Shown: positions 35,377-42,634 of the stretch, one piece after another | Numbering within the stretch: the stretch's first letter is position 1 | Layout: each line of letters starts with the position of its first letter | Source of the DNA: Deltaproteobacteria bacterium CG11_big_fil_rev_8_21_14_0_20_47_16 | GTDB taxonomy: Bacteria; UBA10199; GCA-002796325; 1-14-0-20-47-16 | DNA length: 64,000 bases | Assembly (NCBI GenBank): GCA_002796325.1 | Contig: PCXA01000010.1 | Span: 12,181-76,180, forward strand | Direction: 5' to 3' | Made by a program: the position numbers and the translations under genes | The notes under the pieces: generated by a model | What the model was told of the DNA's origin: nothing | Database searches by the model: none | What the model saw: the letters and a program-made list of their open reading frames with translations, nothing else

Positions 35377-37104
35377 ATGGCAACTACTGCAATTAAAACC
35401 TGTAAAGAGCTGGCACCGGCAGAAAGAACTGCTTTGGGTGCAGCAACACCGTCTGATGCAGACTGCGCAGCCGCTCTTAACAATAATGCACAATACTTGG
35501 GTATTATGTCGCTTTCCAGAAATGCTCAAGCGGCAGCTGCTCAATTACGTGGTTTGATTGCATCGGGTTCTGGCGCAGCGCCAGCACCTGCAGCTGCTCC
35601 TGCTCCGGCGGCACCAACATCTTCAGCAGCGGCTGTTTCTGGTAAACTTGTAAGTAATCTCTCCATCTCCGAATCTGAATTGGCACTTTTAACCGAAGAC
35701 TTTATCTTTTCAACAACAGCAATCAATCGCATGGCCATGACTTCGCATCCTTCAATTGCGGGTGCCACAGGCGAGCAAGCCAAGCGCGTATTTGCACAAG
35801 CAGCCATGGCACGCCTGGCATTGGGTGAAGCCAATATCCCTGCTGAACTGGCCAAGGTAGAAAAAGCGCACGTGGACGCCTTGTCACCTGCCCATAAGGC
35901 TGCGGTTCAAAGCAAGGCCACTGGTACCGCTGTTGCTGGATTCTTTGGTACAGCCGCAGCTCCTGCTCCGGCGACAGCTCCAGCTGCCGGCGCTGTCACA
36001 CCACCGGCAACTCCCATAGTATCAGGTAGCGCATCTGAGATTTTAGCGCCATTCCTTGAAAATCGCTCTGCAAAGCAGGGTGCCTATGCAGGGTTGTCTG
36101 CTGAATCAGTGAGCCTAGAGGCTTTGAAATCAGTTCGTACAATCAAAGACGTCAGCGATTTTATTGATACCGTTGTGAACAGCAAGAAGATTCGCCAAGA
36201 CGATGGCGAAGATTATGCACCACGCCATGCCCGTGCTGATTTGGTTGCGGGTCTTAATAAAGAAATGGATCGTGCCAGCTCTGAAGTTGAACGACTCACA
36301 GCTGACACCGCCACCAATCACTCAAAAGAAATTGAAGCCTTGAATGATCGTATTACCGAGTTAAAGCGCATTGTCAGCCGTGTGGTTGAAACGCTTGGAA
36401 AGAATAAAGTGTATGCTAACTTTTCTTTCTCGGGTCACCAAAATGTCTATTCACAAGATATCATTGATGCTTCTGGGTTTGGTGATGCTGGATGGAAGGC
36501 ACCAGATTACGGCAGCATTGGCGATGGTAAGTTAGCAAATGGCCTCCACTTTGGTATTACAGGGGCTCACCAACTTCTGTCACCTACACCTAATCAACAA
36601 TTATGGCTGGGCTTGAGCTTAGACTATGACAACAGAGCTGTACGCAACGACGCCAATGGTCGTAACGGCAATGCATTTGATGTCCTTACCGGAATGCTCT
36701 CTGCTGAATACAACTTTGATGCCAGTATTACTGAATATGGTATCTGGTCGGTAGCCCTCAAGGGAAACCTTGGATTCAATTATTCTAAAGAACGTTTCAA
36801 CAATGCCATTGTGGCGCCAGGTGGTGATGGTGGGTTTACGATTGACCCCAGTGACAATACATTTGCAGGCACGTTCCTAACAGCAGGCCTCACAGGAACA
36901 ACGTCCTGGACATTTTGGAATCACTTCTTGGTTGGTGTATCCGTCGCATATTCTCACTTATTCATCAAAGATCAAAATCTCAACTATGATACGGTTGAGA
37001 CAACAGCTGCTGCTGGCACAGAGAACAATAAGAATCCAAGATACAATACTAACGGATTAAGAGATGTATGGGAGTTTGGCATTTTTGGGGGAGTACGCTT
37101 CTAA
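35377..37104 (+). CDS. hypothetical protein with Pro/Ala linkers, coiled coil and C-terminal beta-barrel-like domain ending in Phe; no signal peptide
   Basis: A GGAGGA SD sits 5 nt before the ATG at 35377, and a TAA lies two codons upstream of the longest ORF start, so no N-terminal extension is possible. The C-terminal ~230 aa shows alternating-hydrophobic strands (KVYANFSFSG, LWLGLSLDYDN, VLTGMLSAEYNF, IWSVALKGNLGFNY, FLVGVSVAYSHLF) and ends in VWEFGIFGGVRF. Confidence 0.8.
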   Translation: MATTAIKTCKELAPAERTALGAATPSDADCAAALNNNAQYLGIMSLSRNAQAAAAQLRGLIASGSGAAPAPAAAPAPAAPTSSAAAVSGKLVSNLSISESELALLTEDFIFSTTAINRMAMTSHPSIAGATGEQAKRVFAQAAMARLALGEANIPAELAKVEKAHVDALSPAHKAAVQSKATGTAVAGFFGTAAAPAPATAPAAGAVTPPATPIVSGSASEILAPFLENRSAKQGAYAGLSAESVSLEALKSVRTIKDVSDFIDTVVNSKKIRQDDGEDYAPRHARADLVAGLNKEMDRASSEVERLTADTATNHSKEIEALNDRITELKRIVSRVVETLGKNKVYANFSFSGHQNVYSQDIIDASGFGDAGWKAPDYGSIGDGKLANGLHFGITGAHQLLSPTPNQQLWLGLSLDYDNRAVRNDANGRNGNAFDVLTGMLSAEYNFDASITEYGIWSVALKGNLGFNYSKERFNNAIVAPGGDGGFTIDPSDNTFAGTFLTAGLTGTTSWTFWNHFLVGVSVAYSHLFIKDQNLNYDTVETTAAAGTENNKNPRYNTNGLRDVWEFGIFGGVRF

Positions 37105-37132
37105 CTTTAAGGAATAAACGACAGAGGTGAAT

Positions 37133-40100
37133 ATGAAAACAGCAATCAAAACAATCATCGCAAGCCTGATCGGAGCATTTTGTTTAATCGTGCTCTTGGG
37201 CGTTCCTGCTGAGGCCAAAATCAATGGGCCTTCCCAGGATTGCGTAGTGACATCCCAGACTGACGACGTTAACAACGTTCAGGGTATTCGTCAGGCTATT
37301 ATGTCATTCAATTCACCACTCAAATTCTATCAAGGGTGTAGCAATACCATTACAATCAAGACCGAATCCTTGAATTTGACAAAACCACTGATTATCACTG
37401 GACCAACACAGGGACTGGTAATCAAGGGGATTTCACCTTCAAACCCAAACAGCAAGCGTGTTGTTATTCAAACCAAAGGAATTGTCTATACGGATGCCGA
37501 CACCAAACTTACCAATGGCGAAAAATGCGCGATTATCGTGGCCACACCCAATGTTACGCTCAGCAATTTTGTTATTCGTGATGGTACAGAAAATGGTGTT
37601 TGTATTGTTGATCAAAACACAAATCTAAAGGGCGTTGTTGCATTCAACTTTGGTAAAGCTGGCGTTGTAATGGCAAGCGATAACAACATGATCTCTTCGA
37701 GTGAAGAGGGATTTAACTCTGCACTCGCATTTAACAAAGGACCTGGTCTTGTCATCAATTCATTTGGTGAACAACTGAGCCATAACGCATTCACGGGTGA
37801 TACTGTTTTTGCTAACAATGACTCCAGCATTGGTTCTGATCACCACAACCAGCAGGTTTTGGTCAAGAACGACAAATCTTACTATAAGATGACACCAATT
37901 AGCAGCCAGCATGATTACTATTTCAATGGCGCGTCTATCAACACTGCACCAACACCGATGAGTGCTAACGCCGGTGGTATTGTGTTCCAACGCTCTTATC
38001 AAGGGACGGATGGAACAACAATAGATCCCGATTCACTCAAGGCCTCTGACTACGTTCTGGGTTATGTGGGTCGCGACTTCTCAAACATTGGGAAGAACAA
38101 CCTTGGTAATCAATTTAATAGCGTATTAGGTTGGGACACCGGTTCCCTGAACATGACGATCCCAAAAGAATTTGCGGGTCAGCAAGTGTCAGGTATTACC
38201 ATGTTGGTTTCACCAAGCGTCAATATGGTTGTAAGTTCCGTATATGTCTCTCAATTGGATGGTACACTCTCTGTTGATAGCGACTTAACCATCTCTGTTG
38301 TAGACGGCGTTGCCTCAGTCATTGACTGTAAGCAGGCAGCGAACTCCAAAATGACAGCATGTGCAGGAGCAACAGCAGGTAATGATCAAAACAACAACGG
38401 TACTGCTGGTAATGGTGCTAGCAATGACAATAGCTCAGGTAAGGCCAGTTACAGCGATGAAAAGATCGTGAACGGCGTCCCTGAAAGTATGGCTTCGGTC
38501 ATGTCACAGTGTGTGAAGGGTAACAATATTGCAGTTGCCGTGGATGTGCATGACGCCGATGGTGACGGTCTTAGCAATGCTATCGAAGTTCAAATGGGTT
38601 CCTGTGCCAACGGCTTTAATCAAGCTAGCGGTAATCGAACCAATATGTTCCAACCAGATAGTGATAACGACGGTATTTTAGATGGTGCAGAAGATAAAAA
38701 CCATAACGGATTTGTGGATTGCTATAATGAAGATGTAAATTGCAAATCTAATAATGACAGCACATGTATTACCGCCAATGGAAAGACTTATAAACTGGTT
38801 GAACCTGACTATCTTAAAGATCCTCTCGATTCCTCAAAGTTCCTCATGGCAGGTGACAAAAAGATCCCAAATCCTAATTCTTTAGGTGCGATCTATAAGA
38901 AGGAGTTTGTCGCTGGTATTCCAAAAGGCTTTTTGGATAGCGGCACTAACTTCTGTATAGAAACAGATCCTCGTACGCCAAACACAGACCATGACGGTAT
39001 GCTAGACGGTTTGGAACTACGCCACAAACCCAAAGGCGAGGCTGCAAAGGGATTGTTGTATCGCATGACCAACAACAATTCCAATGGTGCAGGCTTTGCG
39101 GGACAGTTGGCCCTAGACGTCCATGGCAACTCGGTTGAGTGTGACCTTGAACTTAAAAATGGTGTTCGGGATATTGGTATTAAGTATTATGCAATCACTG
39201 ATCCATTACCCATTAAAGATACAGGCACAGAGAAAAACAAGACCGAAGTCTTTACCCGCGTCTACTGTGCAGCTGCTGATGTAAACGTTAACAACGAAAT
39301 TAACATTGATCCATCAACATACAACAGCAAGTATGGTATGACAGATCCTCTCAACCCAGATACAGACGGTGATGGTCTTGCAGACGGATCAGACAGTTGT
39401 CCCAATTTGAAAGCCACAACAAACAGCGGCTGCCCCGCAGGGATTCAAAGCCAGTGTTATACGGGATGGCGTGCCAGCGAATTGATTGCCATTGCCGCAA
39501 AATCTGGAAAATCATTCTCAGTAGTTCAAAAGGAGATCTCTGATCTGATGCAAGAAAAGACCTATGAAGCACGCTTAGAGTTGGATAAATTGCTAAGTGG
39601 CCATGACGTCGACGGTGACGGTATTCCAGACTTGGTTGAAGGTGAAGTGAGCTCAACAAATGCCGCATCCTCACCAGTGTCCGCTGTAAAAGAGAACTTT
39701 TGGGCGGACCTAAATGATACGTGTATCCCAGCAGGTAGTTACGGCACAGATCCATTCAAATATCAAACCGATGCATCTGACTATAGCAGTGAAGGTGCCA
39801 AGAAGGCATTGGCTAACGGCTTAACCGCAGGCAGCGATAAAACAGATCCTTGTCCCGGAAATTCCGATAAGTTTGATGCGACAACAGGTCAACCCAATAA
39901 AAACTGCGCCAAAACCCCCTACAATAAAGGTCCTGCCATCATGGGTTGTTACATCGACCGTGATAACGACGGACTCTTCGATTGCGAAGAAGACATCAAT
40001 CTCGATGGTATTTACGATAAGGATCTCTACCTACAAGATGGCAAGGACATGATGGGCCGCCATACCTTCGTGGGTAAAGATGGTGTAACACGCCACGTTA

Positions 40101-41773
40101 CTGAAACAGATCCAATGCGTAAGGACTCTGACGAGGACGGATTGACCGACTTTGAAGAACTGGTCAACATGAGCAACACCAAGTGGGGCTTCACCAATCC
40201 AATGGTGAAAGACACAGACGGTGACGGACTTAGTGATAAATATGAAGTAAACCGTGATAACAGCCAAGCTAAAATAGCAGGTATTACCAATACCTACTCA
40301 GCTGTTGCGCCTGGCTTACAAACCGGTGGTTGTGATCAAACACAGGTCTATGTCGAAAAAGACCTGCCTGCAATGAATGCGTTGCTTGACACAGACCCCA
40401 CGGATGCTGACACAGACGGTGACGGTATCAAGGACGGTATTGAAGAAAACACAGTTCACTCCAATCCCATGAACCCTGATAGTGATGGTGACGGATTGTG
40501 TGATGGTGACAAGACCGTTATGAGCAGCGACGGTACTGAAACACCTCTTTGTGATGCCGGTGAAGTCACAATGACGGGTAGTGGTCAGTTCCCACACGTG
40601 GACATTGCACTGCTGCCACTGGAAACCCATAAAGACAAGACCAACGAAATCTTGGCTGGCATGCAAATCGGGTTTAAGCCAATCGATATCACGGATGAGA
40701 GTGGTACCAAACATACCATTTATCCCAGCAATCCATGTTCAACGGATACCGACGGTGACACCCGCAAAGATGCCAAGGATATGGCCAAGACCAACCCCAA
40801 TGCCACCATTGCTTCACAAGGTGACATCATGGACTTCGACGGTGACGGTATTCCAGACACAGTTGAAATCAATCAATTGGGCACCAATCCCCAAGATCCA
40901 GATACCGATAAGGACGGACTCGTGGACGGTTGTATCAACATCGGTACCGATAGTGAGCAGGGTGAACTCTGTGACCACGTCCACAAAGGTAATGGATTCA
41001 ATGACCTCGGATTCGGCCCAGGAGCGGACTTTAAAGCGGGTCGTAACGAAACAGACCCACAAGTCGCAGATACAGACTCCGACGGTATGTTGGATGGTGA
41101 TGAAATCCGCTACCCAGATGGTAAGTATAAGGGTGCGCTCTATGAAATCGACGGCGAGGGTAAAAAGGTATACTTGGGCCTCTATAAGGCAGGTGTAAAT
41201 TTGAACCCCAATAACCCAGATACAGACTACGACGGTATCCTCGACGGTATCGAAGCAGGTGCCCGCTTCATCAACGACACTTGCGACGATGGATTCTGCT
41301 GTCACTTGAATGGTGTGAAAGCTGTTCAGGATGGCAAGTTGGATCCTAACTACAAGGCAACTCCTTTCCAACAAAAGGGATCACAGACCGACGCCTTGAA
41401 TGCAGATACTGACGGTGACGGCTTGGTTGACGGTAATAACCTGACCAGCTTGAATAACTTCTCCAAGGGTGAAGACGTTAACTGTAACGGTATTATCGAT
41501 AAAGATGCCAGTGGCAACTTTACAGAAGTCAACCCCCGCATGGCGGACTCCAACGGCGACGGCGTCAGCGATAAGGATGCCCTATACCGTAACGGCTCAT
41601 TCGGCCAACAAAACCTCGGCTATGCCTACGCGCGGTCACCAGGTAACGGTTGCGCCAACACAATGATGCCAGGTATGACGATTCCTGCCACACCTGGAGA
41701 TATGATGACCTTAGCCATGCTTCTCGCACCGATTGGTATGGCCTTGCGGATGCGCACACGCCGCAAGAAGTAA
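37133..41773 (+). CDS. giant secreted parallel beta-helix / TSP3-repeat calcium-binding surface protein (1546 aa) with C-terminal Cys-TM-basic tail
   Basis: An AGAGG SD precedes the ATG at 37133. The Sec signal is MKTAIKTIIASLIGAFCLIVLLGVPAEA, followed by a cap-like DCVVTSQTDDVNNVQGIRQAI and beta-helix-like turns (VIRDGTENGVCIVD, NFGKAGVVMASDNN, FNKGPGLVINS). About 17-20 DxDxDG repeats follow, and the terminal sequence is ...SPGNGCANTMMPGMTIPATPGDMMTLAMLLAPIGMALRMRTRRKK. Confidence 0.9.
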   Translation: MKTAIKTIIASLIGAFCLIVLLGVPAEAKINGPSQDCVVTSQTDDVNNVQGIRQAIMSFNSPLKFYQGCSNTITIKTESLNLTKPLIITGPTQGLVIKGISPSNPNSKRVVIQTKGIVYTDADTKLTNGEKCAIIVATPNVTLSNFVIRDGTENGVCIVDQNTNLKGVVAFNFGKAGVVMASDNNMISSSEEGFNSALAFNKGPGLVINSFGEQLSHNAFTGDTVFANNDSSIGSDHHNQQVLVKNDKSYYKMTPISSQHDYYFNGASINTAPTPMSANAGGIVFQRSYQGTDGTTIDPDSLKASDYVLGYVGRDFSNIGKNNLGNQFNSVLGWDTGSLNMTIPKEFAGQQVSGITMLVSPSVNMVVSSVYVSQLDGTLSVDSDLTISVVDGVASVIDCKQAANSKMTACAGATAGNDQNNNGTAGNGASNDNSSGKASYSDEKIVNGVPESMASVMSQCVKGNNIAVAVDVHDADGDGLSNAIEVQMGSCANGFNQASGNRTNMFQPDSDNDGILDGAEDKNHNGFVDCYNEDVNCKSNNDSTCITANGKTYKLVEPDYLKDPLDSSKFLMAGDKKIPNPNSLGAIYKKEFVAGIPKGFLDSGTNFCIETDPRTPNTDHDGMLDGLELRHKPKGEAAKGLLYRMTNNNSNGAGFAGQLALDVHGNSVECDLELKNGVRDIGIKYYAITDPLPIKDTGTEKNKTEVFTRVYCAAADVNVNNEINIDPSTYNSKYGMTDPLNPDTDGDGLADGSDSCPNLKATTNSGCPAGIQSQCYTGWRASELIAIAAKSGKSFSVVQKEISDLMQEKTYEARLELDKLLSGHDVDGDGIPDLVEGEVSSTNAASSPVSAVKENFWADLNDTCIPAGSYGTDPFKYQTDASDYSSEGAKKALANGLTAGSDKTDPCPGNSDKFDATTGQPNKNCAKTPYNKGPAIMGCYIDRDNDGLFDCEEDINLDGIYDKDLYLQDGKDMMGRHTFVGKDGVTRHVTETDPMRKDSDEDGLTDFEELVNMSNTKWGFTNPMVKDTDGDGLSDKYEVNRDNSQAKIAGITNTYSAVAPGLQTGGCDQTQVYVEKDLPAMNALLDTDPTDADTDGDGIKDGIEENTVHSNPMNPDSDGDGLCDGDKTVMSSDGTETPLCDAGEVTMTGSGQFPHVDIALLPLETHKDKTNEILAGMQIGFKPIDITDESGTKHTIYPSNPCSTDTDGDTRKDAKDMAKTNPNATIASQGDIMDFDGDGIPDTVEINQLGTNPQDPDTDKDGLVDGCINIGTDSEQGELCDHVHKGNGFNDLGFGPGADFKAGRNETDPQVADTDSDGMLDGDEIRYPDGKYKGALYEIDGEGKKVYLGLYKAGVNLNPNNPDTDYDGILDGIEAGARFINDTCDDGFCCHLNGVKAVQDGKLDPNYKATPFQQKGSQTDALNADTDGDGLVDGNNLTSLNNFSKGEDVNCNGIIDKDASGNFTEVNPRMADSNGDGVSDKDALYRNGSFGQQNLGYAYARSPGNGCANTMMPGMTIPATPGDMMTLAMLLAPIGMALRMRTRRKK
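38552..41578 (+). repeat. dispersed array of about 17-20 thrombospondin type 3-like (DxDxDG) calcium-binding repeats (protein-level repeat)
   Basis: Examples: DADGDGLSNAIE, DSDNDGILDGAED, NTDHDGMLDGLE, DTDGDGLADGSD, DVDGDGIPDLVE, DRDNDGLFDCEED, DSDEDGLTDFEE, DTDGDGLSDKYE, DTDGDGIKDGIEE, DSDGDGLCDGD, DFDGDGIPDTVE, DTDKDGLVDG, DTDSDGMLDGDE, DTDYDGILDGIE, DTDGDGLVDGNN, DSNGDGVSDKD. Confidence 0.88.
41642..41773 (+). other. putative C-terminal protein-sorting signal (Gly-x-Cys motif, spacer, TM helix, basic tail)
   Basis: GNGCAN, then a 17-aa spacer (TMMPGMTIPATPGD), a hydrophobic helix (MMTLAMLLAPIGMAL) and RMRTRRKK. It parallels 18186-18317. Confidence 0.55.
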
Positions 41774-41798
41774 TAGAAGAGTATACTGGACTCCCCCA

Positions 41799-41843
41799 GG
41801 GCGCCGGGTGTGAATCGAAAGATTCCCCCGGCGCTTACTTTTT
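41799..41843 (+). terminator. intrinsic terminator after the TSP3 giant
   Basis: The outer stem GCGCCGGG (41801-08) pairs with CCCGGCGC (41827-34). The inner stem is GAATC/GATTC around a GAAA tetraloop, followed by TTACTTTTT. A second small hairpin GGGGC-N7-GCCCC follows at 41844-41860. Confidence 0.8.
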
Positions 41844-41902
41844 GGGGCAACTTTAGCCCCACAACCCGCCGATAATAACCTGTGGAGGGCTTTGCCTTTC
41901 TT

Positions 41903-41911
41903 TGCTATACT
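41903..41911 (+). promoter_or_regulatory. candidate extended -10 promoter (TGcTATACT) for the lytic transglycosylase gene
   Basis: TG at 41903-04 and TATACT at 41906-11, 22 nt upstream of the ATG at 41933. I see no convincing -35. Confidence 0.3.
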
Positions 41912-41932
41912 TTTACAAAAGGGGTTGAGAAA

Positions 41933-42631
41933 ATGGCAGGTAAGCCATTGAAAATAAAAGATAATGTCTCTTCTTGGATGCTTCCCAAAAGCATGAGGGA
42001 CAAGTTTCCGACCTCATCCCAAAAAACCGCGTTTTCATCAGTTTTGAAATCAGGGCGTGATAGTGGGGGCAGTCGCAGCACACGCGCGCGGCAGGGTGGT
42101 ACCACGTATAATCCGCGCAGTGCAGGCCACCGTAGCATCACTATGGATCACGCCAAGCGCCTTGCCCGCTATGCACCTGTCATCAATCATTGTGCCCGTA
42201 AATATCGCATTCCCGTTTCACTCATCTGCGGCATCATGCTCCAAGAATCAGGTGGCAACCCCAATGCTGTCTCTCACTGTGGTGCGCGTGGACTCATGCA
42301 GCTCATGCCGGGAACAGCCAAGCGATTTGGCGTCACCAGCATTATGGATCCTCGGCAAAATATTGAAGGTGGTGTCCGTTACTTGTCCTTTTTGAAAGAC
42401 AAGTTTCACGGCAATATTCCACTGATGGTGGCGGCCTATAATGCTGGGGAAGGAAACGTCGCCAAGTATGGCAATAAAATCCCGCCATTTACGGAGACTC
42501 AAAATTATGTTCCCAGTGTCATTGGGTTTGCACGTACCATCCAAGACTTGTTGGTAGGGGGAATCCGCATCGACAAGCCAGAAGCTGTTTCCAATCAATC
42601 ACCATTACCACGCTTCATGAAGCTCGCCTAA
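41933..42631 (+). CDS. SLT-domain lytic transglycosylase without recognisable signal peptide
   Basis: The SLT catalytic motif is ICGIMLQESGGNPNAVSHCGARGLMQLMPGTA, followed by AAYNAGEGNV. The N-terminal ~85 aa are basic, Ser/Gly/Arg-rich and non-hydrophobic. I prefer the start at 41933 over the GTG at 41882. Confidence 0.85.
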   Translation: MAGKPLKIKDNVSSWMLPKSMRDKFPTSSQKTAFSSVLKSGRDSGGSRSTRARQGGTTYNPRSAGHRSITMDHAKRLARYAPVINHCARKYRIPVSLICGIMLQESGGNPNAVSHCGARGLMQLMPGTAKRFGVTSIMDPRQNIEGGVRYLSFLKDKFHGNIPLMVAAYNAGEGNVAKYGNKIPPFTETQNYVPSVIGFARTIQDLLVGGIRIDKPEAVSNQSPLPRFMKLA

Positions 42632-42634
42632 ACG

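Noticed and set aside
40581-41374. 205-aa (+) and 186-aa (-) ORFs inside the second TSP3 gene
   Set aside because: Same artefact: repeat codon structure keeps off-frames open. They have no start context or domain features.
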